Below are positions 55,430 through 64,000 of a DNA stretch of 64,000 bases, one piece after another (position 1 is the first letter of the stretch; every line of letters begins with the position of its first letter). Location: the NCBI GenBank assembly GCA_009773315.1, contig WRPE01000009.1, forward strand, positions 1,337 to 65,336. Direction: 5' to 3'. The notes below the pieces were generated by a model. It had not been told where the DNA came from. It made no database searches and saw nothing but the letters and a program-made list of their open reading frames with translations. This DNA comes from Syntrophaceae bacterium (GTDB taxonomy: Bacteria; Desulfobacterota; Syntrophia; Syntrophales; Smithellaceae). The position numbers and the translations under genes are program-made.

Positions 55430-56293
55430 TTAACGACTTTGTCGTTTCTGTTTCAGGATATTACTTAAATTTCCGAACTCATAAAGAGTCAGAGTTTCAC
55501 CTCTTCGTTTGCCGTCAACGCCTGCGTCGTCAAGCGCTTCCTTTAACTCAGTATCAGAAAATTCTTCCAGAAATTTAGCGTTTTTTAAATTATTAATCAG
55601 CATCTTGCGGCGCTGTGCAAAAGCGGCTTTTACGACCCGACTGAAAAATATCTCATCTATTAACTCAACTTGGGATTTTTCCAAAAAGGTCCCCTGGATA
55701 ATTGAAGATTCCACTTTTGGACGGGGATAGAAGCAGGTTGCAGGCACATCAAAGAGTCTTTCAACTTCGGCATACATCTGCAGCAAAACAGACGGCACAC
55801 CATAATTTTTATTATCCGGTAAAGACACCAATCGCTGCACAACCTCTTTTTGCAACATGAGAGTGAAGCAACTGATGTCTGTTCGTGCAGACAATAAATG
55901 AAAGATTACGGGACTGGAAATATGGTAAGGTACATTACCTATTACATTAATTTTAGAATTATATTTATTTGATATTGAAGAGAAATCAAATTTTAGAATA
56001 TCGCCGGAATAAATCTCAATGTTGGAGCAGAAAGCAAGCTGGTCTCGGAGAGCTTTCACCAGATATGGATCAATTTCCACGGCAATGACTTGCTTGGCGA
56101 TTTGTGCAATCTCCCTGGTCAGGACACCAATTCCCGCGCCTATTTCGACCACAACATCGTCAGAAGAAATACGCGCCAAGGCGGCAATTTTCTTAATCGT
56201 ATTGACGTCAATCAGAAAAGACTGACCTAATTTTTTTCTTGGCTTGATGTTATATTGATTCAGAATATCTCTGGGTGTGGTCATATCCCTCAC
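55430..56293 (-). CDS. rsmA: 16S rRNA dimethyltransferase
   Basis: KKLGQSFL, EIGAGIG, GNVPY, FYPRPKVES and RRGETL motifs. Confidence 0.95.
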   Translation of the reverse strand: MRDMTTPRDILNQYNIKPRKKLGQSFLIDVNTIKKIAALARISSDDVVVEIGAGIGVLTREIAQIAKQVIAVEIDPYLVKALRDQLAFCSNIEIYSGDILKFDFSSISNKYNSKINVIGNVPYHISSPVIFHLLSARTDISCFTLMLQKEVVQRLVSLPDNKNYGVPSVLLQMYAEVERLFDVPATCFYPRPKVESSIIQGTFLEKSQVELIDEIFFSRVVKAAFAQRRKMLINNLKNAKFLEEFSDTELKEALDDAGVDGKRRGETLTLYEFGNLSNILKQKRQSR

Positions 56294-56294
56294 C

Positions 56295-57335
56295 CTAACA
56301 CCGGCATACGTCGGTCTTCGCCTCTCCCAACGAAGAAGGAGAAACTAAGGGCCAGCGTGATACGGCATTTAAATTCAGCGAATCCGAGCGTCCGTTTTTC
56401 AGCATAACCTCTCCCAGCGCCGCGATCATGGCAGCGTTGTCCGTACATAAAACCATAGGCGGAATAAATAATTCCATACCGACCCTGTCCGTGGCTTCGG
56501 CAAATCTCATTCGCAATCGGCTGTTGGCAGCGACGCCGCCGCAAACAACAACCTGCGTGATATTATTCTCGCCGGCCGCTTTGAGTGTTTTATCGACCAG
56601 CACATCAATGATGGCTTCCTGATAACTGGCCACAACATCCGGTAATTCTTCCCCACCAAGATGCCCCCCCCGCTTTTTGAACATGGTTAAGAGTGATGTT
56701 TTCAAACCGCTGAAGCTAAAATCAGGCGAATCCTTCATAGCCCGCGGAAAGTCAAAGGCCCTGGGGTTGCCCTCTTTTGCCATTTTATCGATCACCACCC
56801 CTCCCGGGTAGCCAAGATCGAGCAGCTTGGCTGCCTTATCAAAGGCTTCGCCGGCGGCATCGTCACGTGTCTGGCCCAGCAGCTGAAACTCATGGTAATC
56901 CTTTACCAGATATACATTGGTGTGACCGCCGGAAACGACGAGCGCGGCAAAGGGGAATTGCGGCTTTTTCTCAGCTAAAAAGGAAGCCATGATGTGGCCT
57001 TCCAGATGATTGACGCCGACAAAGGGAATATGGAGACCATAGGCCAGAGCCTTGGCGGTGGATAACCCGACGAGCAGTGAACCGACCAAACCCGGCCCGC
57101 GTGTCACGGAAATGCCTTCCATGTTTCTCAAGGTCAGGCCCGCATCCGTCATCGCCTGCGCAATCACCGGAGAAATGGCTTCAATATGTTTACGGGATGC
57201 TATTTCCGGCACCACGCCTCCGTAGGCGCTGTGATCCTTGCTTTGCGAGGCAATGACATTGGAGAGTAATTTCCCATCTTGAACAACCGCCGCCGCCGTT
57301 TCATCGCACGATGATTCGATTCCTAAGACCAACAA
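56295..57335 (-). CDS. tsaD: tRNA threonylcarbamoyltransferase TsaD
   Basis: GIESSCDET, HLEGH, VSGGHT, DDAAGEAFDK and CTDNAAMI motifs. Confidence 0.97.
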   Translation of the reverse strand: MLVLGIESSCDETAAAVVQDGKLLSNVIASQSKDHSAYGGVVPEIASRKHIEAISPVIAQAMTDAGLTLRNMEGISVTRGPGLVGSLLVGLSTAKALAYGLHIPFVGVNHLEGHIMASFLAEKKPQFPFAALVVSGGHTNVYLVKDYHEFQLLGQTRDDAAGEAFDKAAKLLDLGYPGGVVIDKMAKEGNPRAFDFPRAMKDSPDFSFSGLKTSLLTMFKKRGGHLGGEELPDVVASYQEAIIDVLVDKTLKAAGENNITQVVVCGGVAANSRLRMRFAEATDRVGMELFIPPMVLCTDNAAMIAALGEVMLKNGRSDSLNLNAVSRWPLVSPSSLGEAKTDVCRC

Positions 57336-57558
57336 ATTTTAATCCTTCTTTATTTGTGAAACTCCAATTTCCATGCCGAAGCGCAGGGAAATTGGGAAGT
57401 TGAACTATCCCGCATAGCGAAGGGTATAGTACCGCTTGGTTTGCTTTGGTTTATACCCGTGACAATTTTCTTTACAAATAATCTAAAAGGCTTATATAAA
57501 AGCCGCCGATATTTGTAAACAAACTTTTTACCGGCATTTATGGATCAGGATCACTCTC

Positions 57559-59145
57559 ATGGAAATTAAAACAGATTTTTTGATTATCGGCAGTGGAATT
57601 GCAGGTTTAAGCCTGGCCATCAAAGTCGCTGGGCTAGGCTCGGTAGCCATTGTCACGAAAAAAGAAAAATCGGAATCCAATACCAATTACGCCCAGGGCG
57701 GTATTGCCGCAGTAACGGATAAAACAGACAGTTTTGAAGAACACATCCGCGACACACTGGACTGCGGCGCCGGGCTCTGCAATCATGACGTTGTCGAGTT
57801 TGTAATCCGGGAGGCGCCTCCCCGGATTCAGGAATTGGTTGCGTGGGGTGTCAATTTTACAAAATCAGAAATGCTGCCTCATCTTTATGATTTAGGACAG
57901 GAAGGAGGCCACCATCGTCGGCGCGTCCTTCACGCCAAAGATCTGACCGGCCGTGAAATCGAACGGGCGCTTCACGAAAAAGTTGCCGCTCTCACGAATG
58001 TTCAAATCTATGAAAATCATATCGGTATTGATCTCATCATCCAAAAGGACGCGAAAGGCCATACGATTAATTGCCTGGGCACCTACGTTCTCGACGTTCA
58101 GAACGGCGAAATACAGACGTACCGCGCCAAATATACCATCTTGTCCACCGGTGGTGCGGGCAAAGTGTATCTGATTACCACCAATCCCGACATCGCCACA
58201 GGCGACGGCATCGCCATGGCTTATCGTGCGGGAGCGCAAATTGCCAATATGGAGTTTATCCAGTTTCATCCCACCTGCCTGTTTCATCCGGAAGCAAAGG
58301 CGTTCCTGATCAGCGAAGCCGTGCGCGGCGAGGGTGGAATTCTCAAGTTAAGAAACGGCGAGACCTTCATGGAGAAATATCACCCCATGAAAAGTCTTGC
58401 GCCGCGTGACGTTGTGGCCAAAGCCATCGATACGGAAATCAAACAATCCGGCGATGAATATGTTTTATTGGATATTACACACCACGACCGGAATTTCCTG
58501 ATCGACCGTTTCCCGAATATTTATCATAAATGCCTGGAATACGGCATAGACATGGCCGTCCAACCAATTCCTATCGCCCCGGCGGCTCATTATATTTGCG
58601 GTGGCGTTGTCGTGGATCACTACGGCAAAACCTCCATCGACAATCTTTTTGCCTGCGGCGAAGTCTCCTGCACCGGCCTGCACGGCGCCAACCGCCTGGC
58701 CAGTAATTCACTTCTGGAAGCGCTGATTTACTCCCACCGGGTTTATACGAAAATTGCCAAGTCCTTCAAGCAAACCGAAATAAGTACGATACCGATCCGT
58801 CCGTGGGACACCGTCAATACCTCGGAAAGCAACGACACGGTCGTTGTCACCAACAACTGGGATGAAATCCGCAGATGCATGTGGAATTACGTGGGCATTG
58901 TCCGGTCGGACAAAAGATTGGAGCGAGCTGGGCGGAGAATCGACATGATTCAACGCGAAATCCACGAATATTACTGGAATTATAAAGTCACCAAAGACCT
59001 CATCGAACTGCGCAACATTACCACGGTAGCCAAGCTGATCGTACAGAGCGCCTACTCCAGAAAAGAAAGCCGCGGCCTGCACTACACCATGGACTATCCC
59101 GAAACCATGGATTCATTTCTGAAAGATACGATCCTGGTAAAATAA
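57559..59145 (+). CDS. nadB: L-aspartate oxidase
   Basis: GSGIAG, AQGGIA, QFHPT, LHGANRLASNSL and ESRGLH motifs. Confidence 0.96.
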   Translation: MEIKTDFLIIGSGIAGLSLAIKVAGLGSVAIVTKKEKSESNTNYAQGGIAAVTDKTDSFEEHIRDTLDCGAGLCNHDVVEFVIREAPPRIQELVAWGVNFTKSEMLPHLYDLGQEGGHHRRRVLHAKDLTGREIERALHEKVAALTNVQIYENHIGIDLIIQKDAKGHTINCLGTYVLDVQNGEIQTYRAKYTILSTGGAGKVYLITTNPDIATGDGIAMAYRAGAQIANMEFIQFHPTCLFHPEAKAFLISEAVRGEGGILKLRNGETFMEKYHPMKSLAPRDVVAKAIDTEIKQSGDEYVLLDITHHDRNFLIDRFPNIYHKCLEYGIDMAVQPIPIAPAAHYICGGVVVDHYGKTSIDNLFACGEVSCTGLHGANRLASNSLLEALIYSHRVYTKIAKSFKQTEISTIPIRPWDTVNTSESNDTVVVTNNWDEIRRCMWNYVGIVRSDKRLERAGRRIDMIQREIHEYYWNYKVTKDLIELRNITTVAKLIVQSAYSRKESRGLHYTMDYPETMDSFLKDTILVK

Positions 59146-59148
59146 CCA

Positions 59149-59189
59149 AAGGGTATAGACCCCAAAGAAGATTTGTGGTCTATACCCTT
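59149..59189. terminator. Terminator hairpin between convergent nadB and purB
   Basis: AAGGGTATAGACC...GGTCTATACCCTT. Confidence 0.75.
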
Positions 59190-59233
59190 CACTTTACGAT
59201 CCGTTCGGTCGAGTTTTTGACTCAACCGTTTTT

Positions 59234-60529
59234 CTAAATTCCAAACACCCGGTTAAAGATAAAATCCAAATTCTTTAAAAAATTATTGACATTGAAAATG
59301 GCCCCCAGGTCTTTTTCGTTTAGATATTTTTGAACCATCTCGTCTTGCGCCAGAAGCTTCCGAAATTCAATCCCCTCTTCCCAAGACTTCATCGCGTTTT
59401 TCTGAACAATGGCATACGCGTCTTCGCGCGTTGTCCCCTTTTCAATGAGCATGAGCAACACCATTTGCGAGAATATCACGCCGTGCGTCATATTCAAATT
59501 GGTCGTCATGCGCTCGGGATAAACGAGCAATTTCTCCATCATACCGGTAAATCGTCCCAGAATAAAATCCAGAACAATCGTGGCATCCGGCCCGATCACC
59601 CGCTCCACGGAGGAGTGGCTGATATCGCGTTCATGCCACAGGGCAACATCTTCCAGCGCGGCGACAGCGTAAGAACGCACCAGTCTGGCTAAGCCGGAAA
59701 TGTTTTCCGAAAGTACGGGATTGCGCTTATGCGGCATGGCCGAGGATCCTTTCTGTCCCGGTGAGAAATACTCTTCCACCTCACGGACTTCCGTTCTTTG
59801 CAGCAAACGAATTTCCTGCGCAAACTTATCCAGCGACGATGCGATGATCGCCAGGGTGGTAAAGAACTCCGCGTGCCGGTCGCGCTGAATAATCTGCGAT
59901 GATACGGGTGCGGGTTTCAGACCCAACTTGTCACAAACATACTCCTCGATAAATGGCTCGATAAAAGAAAAGGTGCCCACGGCGCCGGAAATTTTTCCGT
60001 AGCTTACCGTTTCTTTGGCCCGAACAAGACGCTCGCGGTTGCGCTGCATTTCCTGATACCAAAGCGCCATCTTCAGACCAAACGTAATCGGCTCGGCATG
60101 AATACCATGTGATCGGCCGATCATCAGAGTATTTTTATGATCGAAAGCTCTTTTTTTCAAAACAACCAGAAGCTGATCAAGATCATCAAGGAGAATTTCG
60201 GCGGCTTCTTTTAACTGCACGGCCAGCGCCGTGTCCAGCACATCGGACGATGTAAGCCCCATATGAATAAAACGGCCGTCCTCCCCAATTTTTTCCGTGA
60301 GAGACGTCACAAAAGCAATGACATCGTGCTTGGTGACTCTTTCAATTTCGTCAATCCGGGCAACGTTGATGACCGCTTTCGCTTTAATGGTCTCAACTGC
60401 CGCAGCCGGAACCTTGCCCAGCTTGACCATCGCCTCACATGCCGCTACTTCCACATCCAGCCATTTTTGATACTTATTTTCCTGGCTCCAGATCGCTGTC
60501 ATCTTCTCTCTTGAATATCTTGAAATCAC
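59234..60529 (-). CDS. purB: Adenylosuccinate lyase
   Basis: GRSHGIHAEP, SSAMPHKRNP and WHERDISHSS motifs. Confidence 0.97.
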   Translation of the reverse strand: MISRYSREKMTAIWSQENKYQKWLDVEVAACEAMVKLGKVPAAAVETIKAKAVINVARIDEIERVTKHDVIAFVTSLTEKIGEDGRFIHMGLTSSDVLDTALAVQLKEAAEILLDDLDQLLVVLKKRAFDHKNTLMIGRSHGIHAEPITFGLKMALWYQEMQRNRERLVRAKETVSYGKISGAVGTFSFIEPFIEEYVCDKLGLKPAPVSSQIIQRDRHAEFFTTLAIIASSLDKFAQEIRLLQRTEVREVEEYFSPGQKGSSAMPHKRNPVLSENISGLARLVRSYAVAALEDVALWHERDISHSSVERVIGPDATIVLDFILGRFTGMMEKLLVYPERMTTNLNMTHGVIFSQMVLLMLIEKGTTREDAYAIVQKNAMKSWEEGIEFRKLLAQDEMVQKYLNEKDLGAIFNVNNFLKNLDFIFNRVFGI

Positions 60530-60553
60530 AATCTTCTCCCGTTTTTTTTTAAG

Positions 60554-61729
60554 CTATTTAGCCGCTTTTTGCAGATCTTTCACCTTATCTGTTTTTTCCC
60601 AGCGGTAATCATCCATAAAGAACGTCCGGGGAATTTTACGATAAACACTCCCGTCCAGCAGATCAAATTTCTCGATCATGCCTTCCGGCGTCAAGTCAAA
60701 ATGCGTTTCGATAATTTTCTCCAGCTTCTCATCCGGTATTTTTCCTGTGCCGAAAGTATTGACATAAATCGAGAAAGGATCCGCAATGCCGATGGCGTAA
60801 GCCAGTTGGACTGCGCATTTGGAAGCAAGCCCCGCCGCCACGATGTTCTTGGCAACGTAACGGGCGCCGAAGGCCGCCGAGCAATCCACTTTTTCCGGTG
60901 TCTTATTGACGACCGCGCCGCCGCCCAGCTGTGCCCCGGGATACCCGCCGTAAAACTGCACAACCAGTTTGCGTCCGGTCAAACCGGAATCCGCCGCGCT
61001 GCAGGAATTGATGGCATTCCATTCCCCGGTCGGGTTAAACAAAAATTCCGTCTTCTTATCCACGCAATCTTTAAGACAATCAAAAGCGATCTTTTTGGCA
61101 CGCTCTCGCACCTTCGACCTATCGCCTTTGACATAACGGTAATCAATCGAGTTGGACATCAGTACCTTTGCCAGGCGCAGGGGTTTTCCCGTCTTGGTGT
61201 CATAATCGACGGATACCTGCCCTTTCCCATCCGGCGCGAAAATCGGGTCCTGACAATACTCAAAGGCCCGCATCATTCTATTGACCAGAACATACGGCAG
61301 AGGAAGAAGTTCCGGCGTTTCATCACAGGCAAAACCATACATAATGCCCTGATCGCCCGCTCCGATTTCGCGATCTTTATTTAAAAGGCAGCTGGTTCCC
61401 TGATTGATATCTTCCGATTGAGGAATAATCGCGTTGAGCACGCCCATTAAATGCCCGTTCAAGCCGACGGCCGCGTGATTATACCCGAGCTCAATCACGG
61501 TTTGTCTGGCAATTTTATCAATATCGACATAGACTCTGGTGCGGACCTCGCCGCCAATCAGACATATTCCCTTTCCTAAAAAGACCTCGATGCCGCAATG
61601 CGGCATATTGGCCAGCGTAAGCTTTTGTTTCTTTTCTTCATCGAGGATAGCCGCAATAATATTGGCCGCAATAATATCCGCAACCAGATCAGGATGACCC
61701 ACTTTGACACTTTCCGACGAAATCTGCAT
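60554..61729 (-). CDS. metK: S-adenosylmethionine synthetase (divergent)
   Basis: SESV..GHPD, GAGDQG, DGKGQV and DSGLTGRK motifs. Confidence 0.92.
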   Translation of the reverse strand: MQISSESVKVGHPDLVADIIAANIIAAILDEEKKQKLTLANMPHCGIEVFLGKGICLIGGEVRTRVYVDIDKIARQTVIELGYNHAAVGLNGHLMGVLNAIIPQSEDINQGTSCLLNKDREIGAGDQGIMYGFACDETPELLPLPYVLVNRMMRAFEYCQDPIFAPDGKGQVSVDYDTKTGKPLRLAKVLMSNSIDYRYVKGDRSKVRERAKKIAFDCLKDCVDKKTEFLFNPTGEWNAINSCSAADSGLTGRKLVVQFYGGYPGAQLGGGAVVNKTPEKVDCSAAFGARYVAKNIVAAGLASKCAVQLAYAIGIADPFSIYVNTFGTGKIPDEKLEKIIETHFDLTPEGMIEKFDLLDGSVYRKIPRTFFMDDYRWEKTDKVKDLQKAAK

Positions 61730-61778
61730 AAACTTTTCTCCTTTTAGATTTTTTATTGCGGGCTTTTTATGTAAAAAT

Positions 61779-61805
61779 TAAAAAACCCGCGCCAAAGCAC
61801 GGGTT
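61779..61805 (-). terminator. Riboswitch-controlled intrinsic terminator in the metK leader
   Basis: Minus strand AACCCGTGC-TTTG-GCGCGGGTT followed by a T tract. Confidence 0.8.
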
Positions 61806-61830
61806 CAATTGAATGATTCATTGAGTTTCA

Positions 61831-61880
61831 GTGCTTTAGCACATTTATAGAGCGGAGCAATTTACTTTAAATCACCGCTT
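61831..61880 (-). ncRNA. SAM-II-class riboswitch aptamer
   Basis: Minus strand AGCGG-UGAUUU-AAAGUAAA-UUGC-U-CCGCU-CUAU-AAAUGU-GCUAAA matches the SAM-II pseudoknot pattern; lies upstream of metK. Confidence 0.8.
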
Positions 61881-62047
61881 GTCCTGAAAGATACCACACA
61901 AACGCATAAAATCAAGAAAAAAATTGCTCTTGATTATTCAGCCACTTACGCCTTCAGTCTTTCAAATATTCATCTGTTGCGGCACCAGTTCTTCTCAAAT
62001 GATCTGGATCTATGGACTCACCACTATTTTTTTCTCGCTTCCCGCAA

Positions 62048-62755
62048 TTAACGGATAATAATCAATGGAACATTCTTTTCCAGTTGTTTTTTTATTTTCA
62101 AGAACTCCTCATCCGAGTATGTCTTCTCCTGAATATATCTTTTATTCAGTGTCCTGGCCGGCTGAAATTTTTGCAGAGCATAGCGTTTCGCTCCGGCAAT
62201 TTCCCGCACAATCGCTAAGATATCTTTTGCCGTCAGCAGGGAAGCCAAAATGGTCGTGCGGAATTCATGCTGAATTTTCGCTTTTAAGACAAGACGGATA
62301 CTTTCCCGAATAACGTCAATAGCCACCGGTATCTGAACAACGCTTTGGTACTTTTCTATCGGCGCTTTCACATCCAGCGCAACAAAATCAAGAAGCCTTT
62401 CTTGGATCATCGAGGCAAGAACATCCGGCTGTGAGCCGTTGGAATCGAGCTTGACCGCAAAGCCCATATTGCGAATCTTTTTGATAAAAGGAATTAAATC
62501 TTTCTGAAGTGTTGGTTCACCGCCGGTGATGGTTACCGCATCGAGCTTACCCTGACGCGTCGTTAGAAATGCTAGAATGTCTTTTTCCGACAGGCAGGGC
62601 CGATACAATTTTTGTTCCACGAGTTCCGGATTGTGACAATAGGGACATCGGAAATTACAGCCTTGTGTAAAAATAATGGCGCTGATTTTTCCCGGATAAT
62701 CAATCAGAGAAACTTTTTGCAAACCGCCGATTTTCATGTGTCCCTTTTTTGCCAC
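62048..62755 (-). CDS. nrdG: Anaerobic ribonucleotide reductase activating enzyme
   Basis: Radical SAM CNFRCPYC and TGGEPT; adjacent to nrdD. Confidence 0.92.
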   Translation of the reverse strand: MAKKGHMKIGGLQKVSLIDYPGKISAIIFTQGCNFRCPYCHNPELVEQKLYRPCLSEKDILAFLTTRQGKLDAVTITGGEPTLQKDLIPFIKKIRNMGFAVKLDSNGSQPDVLASMIQERLLDFVALDVKAPIEKYQSVVQIPVAIDVIRESIRLVLKAKIQHEFRTTILASLLTAKDILAIVREIAGAKRYALQKFQPARTLNKRYIQEKTYSDEEFLKIKKQLEKNVPLIIIR

Positions 62756-62824
62756 CCCGGATGGCTATGAATGTGCGAGTCTCGCCGGGATAGACGGGGT
62801 TTGGGATAGGTTGCCATGCCTCAT

Positions 62825-64000
62825 TCACTGAAGCCGGTAAACCTGTCGTGAGTCAAATTCTTCCTGTTTGCCCTTGTTCCACTGCTTGACCGGCCGAAGA
62901 TATCCGACGACGCGCGAATAGACTTCACAGGCCTCCGCGCAGGTCGGACAATTTTTCACTTCCCCTTTGATGTATCCGTGTGACGGACAAATGCTGAAAG
63001 TCGGGGTGAAGGTCATGTAGGGAAGACGGTAACTGGAGCAGATTTTACGCACCAGGGATTTGACGGCCAGAGGATCATCAATACGTTCGCCGGCAAACGT
63101 GTGGAAAACCGTGCCACCGGTATAACGTGTTTGAATTTCATCCTGCAAATCCAGTGCTTCAAATATATCGTCGGTGTAGTTCACCGGCAACTGCGTGGAG
63201 TTGGTATAGTAGGGCTCCGCCGTTTTGGACTTGCCGTCGCTTGCGGAAATAATATCCGGATACTTGGTCTTGTCAATACGCGCCAGACGATAGGACGTCC
63301 CTTCCGCCGGTGTGGATTCCAGATTGTAATTATTGCCCGTTTCTTTCTGATAAGCAATCAACCGGGTTCTCATAAAATCCAGCACCGATTTGGTGAAATC
63401 CTGACCTTCTGACGAAGCAATGCTTGTTCCCAGCAAATTCAGGCAGGCTTCATTCATGCCGACCAGACCGATGGTGGAAAAATGATTTTTCCAGTATTCA
63501 TTGAATCTTTCTTTGACATTGCGCAGATAGTATTTTGTGTAGGGATAAAGATTGCCGTCGGTAAATTTCTCCAGCACCTTTCGTTTGGTTTCCAGGCTTT
63601 CCTTGGCAATGTCCATGAGTTTAGCCAGTTGCTGGATAAAATCCTTTTTTGATTTCGCCCGGTATCCAATACGCGGCATATTGATCGTAATGACGCCGAT
63701 AGAGCCGGTCAGCGGGTTGGAGCCGAAAAGCCCGCCGCCTCTCACCTGCAATTCGCGATTGTCGATGCGCAAACGGCAACACATGCTGCGCGCGTCTTCG
63801 GGATTCATGTCGGAGTTGATGAAATTGGAAAAATACGGCACACCGTACTTCGCAGTCATTTCCCACAGGTCGATCATATTGGGATTGTCCCAGTCAAAAT
63901 CTTTTGTGATGCTATAAGTGGGAATGGGAAATGTAAATACCCTGCCTTTGGCGTCGCCTTCAGCCATGACCTGCAGAAACGCTTTGTTGAACAAATCAAG
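62825..64000 (-). CDS. nrdD: Class III anaerobic ribonucleotide reductase, C-terminal part (5' end outside the window)
   Basis: SMCCRL, TPAEG, zinc-site cysteines and glycyl-radical motif SRVVGYLRP. Confidence 0.95.
   Translation of the reverse strand, partial: LDLFNKAFLQVMAEGDAKGRVFTFPIPTYSITKDFDWDNPNMIDLWEMTAKYGVPYFSNFINSDMNPEDARSMCCRLRIDNRELQVRGGGLFGSNPLTGSIGVITINMPRIGYRAKSKKDFIQQLAKLMDIAKESLETKRKVLEKFTDGNLYPYTKYYLRNVKERFNEYWKNHFSTIGLVGMNEACLNLLGTSIASSEGQDFTKSVLDFMRTRLIAYQKETGNNYNLESTPAEGTSYRLARIDKTKYPDIISASDGKSKTAEPYYTNSTQLPVNYTDDIFEALDLQDEIQTRYTGGTVFHTFAGERIDDPLAVKSLVRKICSSYRLPYMTFTPTFSICPSHGYIKGEVKNCPTCAEACEVYSRVVGYLRPVKQWNKGKQEEFDSRQVYRLQ

Overview
Bacterial chromosomal window. Gene content and protein style suggest an anaerobic Desulfobacterota (Syntrophales/Smithella-like) organism; this is an inference. 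Most of it is housekeeping or metabolic: dprA-topoisomerase-trmFO, an orphan fusA, rubrerythrin, mscL, two Liv-type ABC transporters, Rrf2-nadA-metX-metW-ridA-MOSC, a TetR-thiolase-SDR-ABC-CoA-transferase cluster, rsmA, tsaD, nadB, purB, metK and nrdG/nrdD. The standout is a ~12 kb minus-strand defence island (25739-37858): SNF2 helicase, four-helix-bundle (4HB, IVS/Avd-like) gene B, type III-like Mod, RhuM, 4HB gene A, Res. Each 4HB gene is bracketed by its own family of inverted, phased 7-nt repeat arrays (A: GATTTTT/AAAAATC; B: CAATTAA/TTGTTAA). The same two heptamer families recur as six in-frame hairpin modules inside the methyltransferase ORF, with variants arranged so that no in-frame stop occurs. 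Other notable items are a SAM-II-type riboswitch with a terminator/antiterminator upstream of metK, a candidate structured ncRNA, a dispersed palindromic repeat that supplies stop codons, a TopB-core/TopA-tail topoisomerase and a ChpT-like pseudo-kinase.
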